Shown piece after piece: positions 7,466-16,511 of a stretch of 64,000 bases of DNA (position 1 is the first letter of the stretch; each line of letters begins with the position of its first letter). This DNA comes from an uncultured Acidobacteriota bacterium (lineage in GTDB: Bacteria > Acidobacteriota > Thermoanaerobaculia > Gp7-AA8). Below the pieces are notes generated by a model that worked only from the letters and a program-made list of their open reading frames with translations, made no database searches and was not told the DNA's origin. The DNA is taken from contig CAWCBB010000028.1 in assembly GCA_963793695.1 (NCBI GenBank), positions 657 to 64,656 on the forward strand. Reading direction: 5' to 3'. A program made the translations under genes and the position numbers.

Positions 7466-10093
7466 ATGACCGCCACGTGCGCGCATCACCATCCGAGCAG
7501 CGCCGAGCTGGGCGGCCTCTGTCCCCTCTGCCTTCTCGCCGCAGGCCTCGCGCCGTCGAACGAAGTGCACGAGACGACGATCGTCCGCGACGGCGATCCG
7601 TCGGACCCGTCGAGCGACTCCTTCTCGGGGGAGATGAACCGCGTCACCCCGGGAACGACGCTGGCGGGCCGCTTCCGCGTGACGGGCATGATCGGCGCCG
7701 GCGGCATGGGTGAGGTCTATCGCGCGGACGACCTCAAGCTCGGCCAGCCCGTCGCGCTGAAGTTCCTCAATCCCGAGTTCGCAGCGACCCCCGCGAGCCT
7801 CTCGCGCCTCTACGCGGAGGTCCGCCTCGGCCGCCAGGTCGCCCACCCGAACGTCTGCCGCCTTTACGACATCGTCGAGTTCGGCCACCACCGCTGCATC
7901 GTCATGGAGTATGTCGACGGCGAGGACCTCGCCTCGCTCCTCAAACGCGTCGGGCGGCTGACGCAGCGGAAGGCCGCGGCGATCTCGCGCGATCTCTGCG
8001 AAGGACTCGCGGCGTCGCATCAGGCGGGCATCGTCCACGGCGATCTCAAGCCGTCCAACATCATGATCGACGGGCGCGGCCGCGCGCGGATCATGGACTT
8101 CGGGCTCTCACGCCTCGCGAGCGACTCGGCCGGCGCGACCGTCGCCGGCACGCCCGCGTACATGGCCCCGGAGCAACTCGCCGGGGCGCCTCCCTCGTTC
8201 GCGGCGGACGTCTACTCGCTCGGGCTCATCGGCTACGAGATCTTCACCGGTGCGCGGGTGCGCGAGGGTCGATCGCTGACGGAGATCCGCGAGTCCGCCT
8301 CGAAGAACGTCGTCCCTCCCTCCGCCACCGGAGTGACCATCGATCCGTCGGTCGAGGCGATCATCCTCAGCTGTCTCGACCCCGACCCGGAGAGGCGGCC
8401 GGCGACGGCCACTCACGTTCTCTCGCGCTTCCCGGGACGCGACCCGCTCGATGAGGTGGTCGCCGCGGGGGAGACCCCGTCGCCGGAACTGGTCGCCGCC
8501 GCCGAGCGGAAAGAGATGCTCACGCCCCGCGCGGCGGCCGCCATCCTCGTCTCGATCATCGTCTTGATGGCCTTGCTCGCGATCACCGCCGTCCGCTCGG
8601 CGCTCCACCTCAGGGGCGAGCCGCCGAAACCGCCGGCCGTCCTCGCGGACCGCGCCGGAATCCACGCGACCCGCCTCGGCCTGAACCCGCGGGGCGACGC
8701 GGCGTCGTGGTTCGGGCGGAGGGAAGACCTGCTTCCGGCGGCGCCGTCGATCCCGCGCGCCGCGGGAGGCTCGCTCCTCTTCTTCCATCGGCGGAGCCCC
8801 GCACCGCTCGTTCCGGCAACCGAACCGTACGTTCGGTGGAGCGATCCTCCGGTGGATCAGAACGGGATGGTGAACCTCGCCCTCGACGGGCAGGGGCGCC
8901 TTCGCCTCCTTCGCGCGCGCGTCGCGTCGACGCCCGGCGTGCGAGGGGATCCCGAGGTGACGTGGCAGCGGCTCTTCGACGCCGCGGAGCTGAATCGCGC
9001 CGGCTTCGAGGAGAGCGCGAGCGCGTGGTCGCCCCCCGATCCGTACGACGTGAAGAAGGAATGGCGCGACCCGGCGTCGGGGGACCGCGTCCGCGCCGCC
9101 GCGCGGTCGGGCGTGCCGACGTGGTTCTCGATCGCTCCCGCGGCCGACACCGCGGGCGAGCGGGACGAGATCCCGTCCTCCCTCCCGACCGCCACGTACC
9201 TGATCGTGCTGACGGCGAGCCTCGTCGCGGGGGTGATCCTCGCTCGGCGGAACGTCCGCCTCCGCCGCGCCGATCATCGCGGCGCGCAGAGGACCGCCCT
9301 CTCCGTCTTCGTCTGCTGGATCGCCTACTGGCTTTTCACGGCCGACCACGCCTCGGCTCTCGCGATCGAGTCGAGGATGGCGACCGACGCGCTGGGGAAG
9401 GCGCTCTTCTTCGCGGCGCGCGTCTGGCTCGGCTACATGGCTCTCGAACCCTATGTCCGGCGCAGGCTGCCGGGGCTCATCATCGGGTGGAACCGGCTCG
9501 TCTCCGGGCGGCCCGTCGATCCGCTGGTCGGGCGCGATCTGCTCGTCGGCGCCGCCGCGGGCGCCGTCGCGCACGTCGTGGAGCAGCTCCGCTACTGGAT
9601 CCCGCCGCTCCTCGGCGCGGCCGAGCCGCCGCTCGAGAGCCGCGCGCTCGGGCCCCTCTCGTCGTTCGGCGACGCGCTCGGCGCGGTCTTCAACGTCCAA
9701 ACCCGGGCGGTCTTCTTCGCCTTCTTCGGCCTCTTCCTCCTGCTCCTCCTCCGGCTCGCGCTCCGGCGCGCGTGGGCGGCGGGGATCGCCTGGCTCGCCC
9801 TCGTGACGCTGATCTGGACGCCGATGGACATCCCGTCCGTCGACGTTCCGCTCTCGGTGATCCGGATCGGGATCCTCCTTCTGGTTCTCACGCGAAGCGG
9901 CCTTCTCTCGTTCACGGCGGCGCTGTACGTGAGCCTCCTTCTTCCGTTCGTTCCCTGGACCTCCACGGCCGGGGCGTGGTGGGCGCCGCAGTTCCTCGTC
10001 GTCGCGGGAGCCATCGCGCTCCTCGCCGTCTGGGCATTCCGCGCCGCCCTCGCGCACCGTTCGATTCTTCGCCGTCCCGCGCTCGACGATTGA
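7466..10093 (+). CDS. Ser/Thr protein kinase with large C-terminal multi-pass membrane region
   Basis: 875-aa ORF. Hanks kinase motifs are present: GAGGMGEVYRA, VALKF, HGDLKPSNIM, DFGLS and YMAPEQ. About 8 hydrophobic segments lie in the C-terminal half. Confidence 0.9.
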   Translation: MTATCAHHHPSSAELGGLCPLCLLAAGLAPSNEVHETTIVRDGDPSDPSSDSFSGEMNRVTPGTTLAGRFRVTGMIGAGGMGEVYRADDLKLGQPVALKFLNPEFAATPASLSRLYAEVRLGRQVAHPNVCRLYDIVEFGHHRCIVMEYVDGEDLASLLKRVGRLTQRKAAAISRDLCEGLAASHQAGIVHGDLKPSNIMIDGRGRARIMDFGLSRLASDSAGATVAGTPAYMAPEQLAGAPPSFAADVYSLGLIGYEIFTGARVREGRSLTEIRESASKNVVPPSATGVTIDPSVEAIILSCLDPDPERRPATATHVLSRFPGRDPLDEVVAAGETPSPELVAAAERKEMLTPRAAAAILVSIIVLMALLAITAVRSALHLRGEPPKPPAVLADRAGIHATRLGLNPRGDAASWFGRREDLLPAAPSIPRAAGGSLLFFHRRSPAPLVPATEPYVRWSDPPVDQNGMVNLALDGQGRLRLLRARVASTPGVRGDPEVTWQRLFDAAELNRAGFEESASAWSPPDPYDVKKEWRDPASGDRVRAAARSGVPTWFSIAPAADTAGERDEIPSSLPTATYLIVLTASLVAGVILARRNVRLRRADHRGAQRTALSVFVCWIAYWLFTADHASALAIESRMATDALGKALFFAARVWLGYMALEPYVRRRLPGLIIGWNRLVSGRPVDPLVGRDLLVGAAAGAVAHVVEQLRYWIPPLLGAAEPPLESRALGPLSSFGDALGAVFNVQTRAVFFAFFGLFLLLLLRLALRRAWAAGIAWLALVTLIWTPMDIPSVDVPLSVIRIGILLLVLTRSGLLSFTAALYVSLLLPFVPWTSTAGAWWAPQFLVVAGAIALLAVWAFRAALAHRSILRRPALDD

Positions 10094-10139
10094 CGTAACA
10101 CGCTGGCTCGATCACGTAACTGGCACGACGGAGGTCATC

Positions 10140-11087
10140 ATGAAACTGCCACGACTCGTCAGTCTGCTGCTCGTCGCCGCGCTCCTCGCGGGATGCACGT
10201 ACTCGCGAAGGATTCAGCGCCGCAGCGATCTCATGGGCTATCTCTATCCCGGCGCCGATGCTGCCCCGGCGACCAACCCATCCGGCGTCACCCTCCAGCT
10301 TCCGCTCAAGCTCGGCATCGCGTTCGTTCCGGGAGTCGCGACGGAGACGCGGTGCGGGCGTTGCCCCGACCGCCGTCCTGTTCCGGCGGCCAGCGAGAAA
10401 AAGCTCCTCGACATCGTGAAGAGCGCGTTTCAGGGGCGCGACTGGGTCAGCCAGATCGTCATGATCCCGTCGGTGTATCTGCGGCCGGGCGGCGGGTTCG
10501 AGAACCTCCGGCAGGCCGCGCGGATGCACGGGGTCGACGTGGTGGCCCTCGTCTCCGTCGACCAGCTCCAGTCGAGCCATCCCGAGAAGATCTCGTTCCT
10601 CTACCTCAGCGTCGTCGGCGCGTACCTGCTCCCGCTCGACCATCACGACACGCAGACCCTGATCGATGCCGCGGTCTTTCACGTGCCGAGCGAGACGTTC
10701 CTGCTTCGCGCGCCGGGTCTCAGCACGGTGAAAGGGCGCGCCGCGGCGGTCGACGTCGACCGCGACCTCGAGGCGCGCTCGGGCACGGGGCTGAAGCTCG
10801 CGATGGAGGACCTGAGCAAGAACCTCGACGTGGAGGTCGAGCAGTTCAAGTCGCAGGTCGTCAGCGGCGAGCGGAAGGACATCGACATCCGGACCGTGCT
10901 TCTCGGGCTGGTCGCCGCGAAGGCGGTTCTCGAAGCGTCGTCGCTCTCGCTCTTCCCGCATGACGGCTACTTCGTCGTCCCGCTCGCGCACCAGGCGGGG
11001 GCGTTGATGGGGCTCGGGGGCGCGGCCGTCTCGGCCGCCGTTGGCGCCGCGTCTCGCGGCGCCCGGCACGTTCTCGCGACGGATTGA
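10140..11087 (+). CDS. Lipoprotein of unknown function
   Basis: Signal peptide plus lipobox MKLPRLVSLLLVAALLAGC, with GGAGG 6 nt upstream. The C-terminal ~25 codons are encoded by a half REP-B copy (11016-11066), so the native C-terminus is uncertain. Confidence 0.6.
   Translation: MKLPRLVSLLLVAALLAGCTYSRRIQRRSDLMGYLYPGADAAPATNPSGVTLQLPLKLGIAFVPGVATETRCGRCPDRRPVPAASEKKLLDIVKSAFQGRDWVSQIVMIPSVYLRPGGGFENLRQAARMHGVDVVALVSVDQLQSSHPEKISFLYLSVVGAYLLPLDHHDTQTLIDAAVFHVPSETFLLRAPGLSTVKGRAAAVDVDRDLEARSGTGLKLAMEDLSKNLDVEVEQFKSQVVSGERKDIDIRTVLLGLVAAKAVLEASSLSLFPHDGYFVVPLAHQAGALMGLGGAAVSAAVGAASRGARHVLATD
11016..11066. repeat. Half REP-B copy (reverse orientation) in the lipoprotein gene tail
   Basis: GGGGGCGCGGCCGTCTCGGCCGCCGTTGGCGCCGCGTCTCGCGGCGCC is the reverse complement of the second half of REP-B. 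Confidence 0.8.
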
Positions 11088-11120
11088 GCGGCGGGCGGGG
11101 CGCCTGCACCACACGACCCT

Positions 11121-11150
11121 CCGGGCGGCCGCAGGCCGCCCCTACAGGAT
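11121..11150 (-). repeat. GTAG-type REP
   Basis: On the minus strand: GTAGGGGCGGCC TGC GGCCGCCC, immediately after the stop of gene 11142..12956, between convergent genes. Confidence 0.8.
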
Positions 11151-12956
11151 CCTGTGCCCCGGGAGGCCGATCTCGTCGGCCTCGTTCGTGAGGACCCAGC
11201 CGACGACCTCGCCGGGGACGAAGTCGCGCGGGAGGTAGCGCGACGCGTCGAACGCGGCGGAGCCGTTGGAGACGATGTCGGGGCGGGACTCGGCGAGCCG
11301 CGCCAGCCTCTCGCGCCAGTGCTCGAAGTTCGCGAGCCGCAGATCGACCCATCCGATCTCCGCGTACCGGTCGATCGCGCCGCTCTCGAGCGGGACGGGC
11401 GAGCCGTCCGCGGTCGGCACGGGGATGTTGAGCTTCGGGCCTCGCGTGAGGATGGCCTTCCCCTTTTCGTCGCGCAGCACGCCGATGCCGATCGTGGCGA
11501 TGAGGCTCACCACGTTCGGATGAGCGGCCAGCCACGCTTCGACCTTCTCGCGCATCTTCGCCGCGCCGGTGGCGATCATCTCCTCGAACTGGCACGTCCC
11601 GAGCGCGGCGCAGATGAGCCACGCTTCGATGAGGAGCTTCGAGAGGCGCGGCGGCCCGAGCTGGCCGATCGCGATCGACGGGAGCGCGTCCTTCTCGCTC
11701 TTGCGCAGCACTTCCTCGAGGGCATTCATCTCGGCGATCGCGCGCTCGCGCAGCGCTCCCGCGCGATAGCTCGGCTCGGTGATCGCTCCGTCGATCGCGG
11801 AGATCACGTCCCTCCCGGTCGACGAGCCGAGGATCTCGAGGATGACCGTGCGCGCGACTTCCTCGGGCGTGACGTACTCCATCTGGCGGGGATAGGTGAT
11901 CGCCTGGAACTCGCCGATCGAGAAGAATCCGTTCTCTCCCGTATCGGCGCCGATGATCTTCAACGGAACTCCGTCGCCCCCACCGATTCGGGGATACTCC
12001 GCGTACGGATGGCGAGGCTCCACCGAAGCGCCCAGAGTTTCGTTACGGGGCGCGAGCAGGTACGCCGGCTCCTTGCGCCCCGTCGGGCCGGGAAGCTTCA
12101 CGTGAGCGGCGCCGAGGCGGCGGAACCCGATCATGGCGCCGGGCTTGACCTCTTTGATCATGGTCGCGCGGGAGGCACCCTTCTCTCCGTCGCGGCCGGT
12201 GATTCCCGGAGTCCGCGCGAGAAGAAAAAGAAGCCCCGTGTGCGCGAAGCCGATCGCCGACTTCGAGAGGAGAGTCGCGGACGGCCGGTCTTCGCTATGC
12301 GTGTAGGGGATGTTGATCCCCATGCCGCCCGTGCCGGTCGTCCCGACCTTCACGTACACCTTGACCGCCGTCTCCTGCAGCGCGCGATGGAGGACGACGA
12401 TGTGCCGGGTGATCTGTGGAACGCCCTGCGCGATGAGGACCTCGCGCACCGACTGCACGAACGTGTCGAGCTCCTCTTTCGGGAGCGATCCGTCCGCGGC
12501 GAGCCGGTCGAGCATGACCTTGACCTTCCGCGAGGTCGTGAAGACGTCCTGATAGCTGATCGCGGTCGCCGTGTTGATGCAGTCGACGACGACGTCCGGC
12601 CGGTACTCGATCAGCATGTTCCGGAGGAACGAGCCCTCGTACGCGTCGGCGTCGGGCGCGAAGATGTCGCGGAACAGCTCGTCGAAGAGCTTCGAATCGC
12701 GGACGAGCTCTCCCCGCGGCTTCCCCTGAAGGTCGCTCGCCAGGAAGATGTCCCCCGGCGCAGCGACGATCTCGACGTCCCACGTCTCCTTCTTCGCCTC
12801 GTCGCGAAGGAGCGCGACCGCCTCGTCGACTTCCGGCGCGGTGAGCGCCGAGATGATGATCTGCGAGGGGCGCAGCTCGCGGGCGGCCTCGCGGGCGACC
12901 TGGATGCCGACCATCCCCCCCCCGCCCAGGATCAGAATCCGCTCGCCCTGTGTCAC
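11142..12956 (-). CDS. 604-aa NAD(P)-binding (Rossmann) domain protein, function unknown
   Basis: ILILGGGGMVG dinucleotide-binding motif near the N-terminus. The GTG start at 12956 has GGAGGAA upstream and a GTGA overlap with the trxB stop. I do not recognise the remaining ~500 aa. Confidence 0.6.
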   Translation of the reverse strand: MTQGERILILGGGGMVGIQVAREAARELRPSQIIISALTAPEVDEAVALLRDEAKKETWDVEIVAAPGDIFLASDLQGKPRGELVRDSKLFDELFRDIFAPDADAYEGSFLRNMLIEYRPDVVVDCINTATAISYQDVFTTSRKVKVMLDRLAADGSLPKEELDTFVQSVREVLIAQGVPQITRHIVVLHRALQETAVKVYVKVGTTGTGGMGINIPYTHSEDRPSATLLSKSAIGFAHTGLLFLLARTPGITGRDGEKGASRATMIKEVKPGAMIGFRRLGAAHVKLPGPTGRKEPAYLLAPRNETLGASVEPRHPYAEYPRIGGGDGVPLKIIGADTGENGFFSIGEFQAITYPRQMEYVTPEEVARTVILEILGSSTGRDVISAIDGAITEPSYRAGALRERAIAEMNALEEVLRKSEKDALPSIAIGQLGPPRLSKLLIEAWLICAALGTCQFEEMIATGAAKMREKVEAWLAAHPNVVSLIATIGIGVLRDEKGKAILTRGPKLNIPVPTADGSPVPLESGAIDRYAEIGWVDLRLANFEHWRERLARLAESRPDIVSNGSAAFDASRYLPRDFVPGEVVGWVLTNEADEIGLPGHRIL

Positions 12957-13937
12957 CGCCGTTCCTCCTCGCCGACTTCGAGATCCCAGCGCTCCGTGAT
13001 CCGCTCGTGCGTGAGCCACCGCTCACAGTCGAGCGCCGCCATGCACCCGCTCCCGGCGGCGGTGATCGCCTGCCGGTAAATGTGGTCGACCGCGTCGCCG
13101 CAGGCGAACACTCCATTGATGTTCGTCTGCGTACTGTTCGGCTTGACGACGAGATACCCCACCTCGTCCATGTCGAGCTGCCCCTTGAACGCGGCGGTGT
13201 TCGGCGTGTGGCCGATGGCGACGAACAGCCCCTGAGTCGGGAAGTCGCGCACCTCGTTCGTCTTCTTGTCGCGGAGACGGAGCTTCTCGATCCCCTTCTC
13301 CTTCGTGCCGACCACTTCCTCGACCGTCGTGTCGAGCAGGAAGTCGATCTTCGGGTTCTCGCGCGCCCGGTCGAGCATGATCTTCGACGCGCGGAACTCG
13401 TCGCGCCGGTGGATGATCGTCACCTTCGAGGCGAACTTCGTGAGGAACGTCGCCTCCTCCATCGCGGAGTCGCCGCCGCCCACGACCACGATCTCTTTCC
13501 CCTTGAAGAAGAAGCCGTCGCACGTCGCGCAGTAGGAAACCCCGAAGCCCTGCAGGCTCTTTTCCGACTCGAGGCCCAGCTGCATCGCCGAGGCGCCCGA
13601 GCCGATGATCAGCGCGTCGCATTCGTACGTCTTCTGGTCGGTCGTGACCATGAAGGGATGCGCCCGCAAGTCGACCTTTTCGACGGCCTCGAAGACGAAC
13701 TTCGAGCCGAACCGCTCCGCCTGCTTCCGCATCAGCTCCATCAGCTTCGGGCCGAGGATTCCTTCCGGAAAGCCGGGGAAGTTCTCCACCTCGGTCGTGA
13801 TCGTCAGCTGCCCGCCCGGCTGAAGCCCCTCGAGGATCGAGCGGCTTGAGGTTCGCGCGGGAGAGATAGAGCGCCGCCGTGCACCCGGCGGGGCCTGAGC
13901 CGATCACGATCACACGGTGATTCTTCACTACGTCCAT
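12953..13937 (-). CDS. trxB: Thioredoxin-disulfide reductase, one frame disruption
   Basis: VIVIGSGPAGCTAA (FAD), CATCDG redox centre and VVGGGDSAMEEA (NADPH). The N-terminal 33 codons (MDVVKNHRVIVIGSG...ANLKPL) are in another frame, and the switch is near 13838-13842. Confidence 0.85.
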
Positions 13938-14087
13938 CGTCGACTCCTCGCGTGAGTGTGCGGCCCGGGATGGGCCGGAGGCGGGCGGGGTTGGCTCGAC
14001 CGGAGTGGCTCGAAAAGCCGGGACCCGGCGCCGGTCGGAAAGCTATCACCGGGGGCGGCGGCCCGCAAGGATCACGGAATTCTCCTT

Positions 14088-15233
14088 TCAGCTCCGCGCG
14101 GTGCGCCTCCTCCGCAGGTCCGCCACCGCCTCGAGGAGCGCCTCCCCCAGGATCCCCTTCTGCCATTGCCGCATGGCCGAGACGGAATCGAGCTCGCTCG
14201 CCTCGGAGGGATCGAGCTCGGCGACGGCCGCGAGGATGTGCTTCGGCGCGAGGATCGCCGCGTCGATCCGGAGCTCGGCGGCGATCCGGTCGCGCGTCCG
14301 CTTGAGCGAGTCGATGATCCGCTCCTGTTCCCGGTCCCGCAGCCACGGCTTCGCCGCCACCTTCTCGGGAAGCTCCTCCTCCGGCAGCCCCGCGACCTCC
14401 TCGGTGATCGCGAGCAGTTCCCGCCCCCATTTCCTGACGTGCCACGAGGCGAGCCCCTTGATCCGCGCGAGCGCGTCGGAGGTAAGGGGCAGCTGCGTGG
14501 CGACCTCGACGATCGCCTCGTTGTTGAGGACCTTGAACGGCGGGCGGTCGAGCTCTTGCGCGATGCCGTCGCGCCACTTGTGAAGGCGCTTGACCGCCGC
14601 GAGCGGGCGTCGCTCGAGCTTGGCGCTTCCTTTGACCTTGCGCCACGCTTCCTCGTCGGAGGACGGAGCGAATCGGATCGACTCGAGCCGCTCGAACTCT
14701 TCGAGGGCCCACTCCCACCGGCCGAGCGCCTCGAGCTCGCGGCGGAGGATCGCGGCGAGCTCGATGAGGTGATGCGTGTCGTTCGCCGCGTACGCGAGCA
14801 GCTCGGGGCCGAGCGGCCTCTGCGCCCAGTCCGCGCGCTGATGCGACTTGTCGACCGCCAGGCCGAAATGGCGCTGGAGGAGCGCCGCCAGGCCGATCGC
14901 CTCGTAGCCGAGAAGCTGCGCGCAGATCATCGTGTCGGTCAGGTTGTGGAGCTCGAACCCGAAGTCGCGGTTCAGGATCCGGAGGTCGTAATCCGCTCCA
15001 TGCAGCACCTTCCGGATGGAGCGGTCGGCGAAGAGCGGCCCGAGGGGCGCGAGGTCGATCTTCGCGAGAGGATCGATGACGAAATCCTCGCCGTCCGCCG
15101 TGATCTGAATCAGGCACACTTTGTCGAAATAGCTGTGCAGCGAGTCCGCCTCGGTGTCGATGGCGAATTCCGTCGTCGCCTCGATCCGGGCGAGGGCGGC
15201 GTTGAGCGACTCCTGATCCGCGATCCACTTCAT
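14088..15233 (-). CDS. rnd: Ribonuclease D
   Basis: DEDD 3'-5' exonuclease motifs AIDTEADSL, HGADYDL and AANDTHHL, plus an HRDC-like C-terminus. The ATG at 15233 overlaps the upstream stop (ATGA). Confidence 0.85.
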   Translation of the reverse strand: MKWIADQESLNAALARIEATTEFAIDTEADSLHSYFDKVCLIQITADGEDFVIDPLAKIDLAPLGPLFADRSIRKVLHGADYDLRILNRDFGFELHNLTDTMICAQLLGYEAIGLAALLQRHFGLAVDKSHQRADWAQRPLGPELLAYAANDTHHLIELAAILRRELEALGRWEWALEEFERLESIRFAPSSDEEAWRKVKGSAKLERRPLAAVKRLHKWRDGIAQELDRPPFKVLNNEAIVEVATQLPLTSDALARIKGLASWHVRKWGRELLAITEEVAGLPEEELPEKVAAKPWLRDREQERIIDSLKRTRDRIAAELRIDAAILAPKHILAAVAELDPSEASELDSVSAMRQWQKGILGEALLEAVADLRRRRTARS

Positions 15234-15793
15234 GCGAGCACTTTCCCCTGCAGGCCGATCGAAACGAGCTTCCGATTCAGCCCTTCCAGGTCGAACTCCT
15301 CTCCCAGAGCGAGCCGCAACCGCGTCACCATCTCGGGCGCGTGCGGGACGTCGCTCACCAGCAGAAGGAGCGCGAGATCCTCGGCCGCGACGACTTTCGC
15401 CGGCGCGCCCGGCGTGGAGACCGGCGCTCCGTCCCGCACCATCCGGCCGTACAGTGCGTTCGAGGCGAACAGCACGTGCGCCCGCACCGGCGTTTCGGCC
15501 CCGAGCCACGTCATCGGCAGCAGATCGAGCTCCTCGGCCCGCTCCGCTTCCGCGGCGTCGATGCGGAATCCCTGATCCGGCGCCATCTTCGAGATCTGCC
15601 GCGACCGATCCGTCTGAACGAGCGCCAGCACGTCGATCGGCCCCGCGGGGTCGATCTGCCGGTCCAGCCAGACGTGAAGGGCGATCTCGCCGACGAACGC
15701 ATAGTCCATCCTCAGCGCGCCGAACAGCGCGGCGAGGGCTTGCGTGGCGGCGATCCGGGTCGGATCTCCTGTCAGGGTGAGCTCGCGGTCCAT
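15230..15793 (-). CDS. Hypothetical protein (possibly nucleotidyltransferase-fold)
   Basis: 187-aa ORF with protein-like composition, translationally coupled to rnd. A weak G-x-x-A...IDVLAL pattern is the only clue to fold. Confidence 0.45.
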   Translation of the reverse strand: MDRELTLTGDPTRIAATQALAALFGALRMDYAFVGEIALHVWLDRQIDPAGPIDVLALVQTDRSRQISKMAPDQGFRIDAAEAERAEELDLLPMTWLGAETPVRAHVLFASNALYGRMVRDGAPVSTPGAPAKVVAAEDLALLLLVSDVPHAPEMVTRLRLALGEEFDLEGLNRKLVSIGLQGKVLA

Positions 15794-15838
15794 ATCGAAC
15801 AGCGCCGATGGCGCTGCAGCGGGCGGGCCAACGGTATC

Positions 15839-15911
15839 AGAGTCGGGAGTCGGGAGTCAGGGGTTGATGGGGACGACGCCCCGCTCCCGACCCCAGACCT
15901 CCCGACTCGTC
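15839..15911. repeat. Tandem-repeat-armed palindrome, heptamer GAGTCGG family
   Basis: AGAGTCGG GAGTCGG GAGTCAG at 15839-15863. The inverted CTCCCGA CCCCAGA CCTCCCG ACTCGTC lies at 15884-15911. Confidence 0.75.
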
Positions 15912-16511
15912 TCACCGCTTCCTCGCCATCTGCACGAGGAGCCACGTGCAGTACGCGAGCGAGGCGAATCCGACCCCCGCGGCGAGCACCGCAACCATCC
16001 CGCCGATCGCCTTGTCCTGCTCGAGCAGCCCGAGCGAAGAGAGAATGTACTCCCAGTCGTGCTGCGCCTCGCCGCCGCCGATGCTCACGTAGACGCCGAA
16101 CTGGTCGCGCGAGTCGGCGATGTAGCGCCCGATCCCGAAGAGGTTGAACGAGAGCCAGCCGCCGAGGACCCCGATGCCGAAATAGTCGGGCTGCCGGAGG
16201 AACATCGCCATGCCGACGAGAGGGACGACGACTTCGACGCCGGACCCCGCGAGCGCGACGAGGAACTGCGGCAGGAATCCGAAGACCACGTGCCCCAGCT
16301 CGTGGAGGCCGAGGCTGAGCGCGGCGAAGATGCTCGAGTAGTCGTCGTCGACGACGTAGCGCACGAGGGCGTACGCGAGGTAGAGAACGAGCGGCGCGCG
16401 GATCGCCCACGATTTCCCGGCGGCCCACTCGCGCGAATCGGCGACAAACCGCCCCGCGCGCCCCGGCATCGCCGGTTCGCCGGCGGGGACCGGCCTCTCG
16501 AAGGTTCCCAT
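15912..16511 (-). CDS. Membrane protein with HExxH motif (putative zinc metalloprotease)
   Basis: 199 aa from MGTFERPV, with LGLHELGHVVFGF and 4-5 hydrophobic segments. The start overlaps the decarboxylase stop (TGATG). Confidence 0.55.
   Translation of the reverse strand: MGTFERPVPAGEPAMPGRAGRFVADSREWAAGKSWAIRAPLVLYLAYALVRYVVDDDYSSIFAALSLGLHELGHVVFGFLPQFLVALAGSGVEVVVPLVGMAMFLRQPDYFGIGVLGGWLSFNLFGIGRYIADSRDQFGVYVSIGGGEAQHDWEYILSSLGLLEQDKAIGGMVAVLAAGVGFASLAYCTWLLVQMARKR

Noticed and set aside
13938-14087. A possible degenerate GGGCRC-family arm (CTCGAAAAGCCGGGACCCGGCGCCGG) in the trxB-rnd spacer.
   Set aside because: Only the junction-like AAAAGCCGGG and two imperfect hexamers match, and there is no partner arm. 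This is too weak to call.
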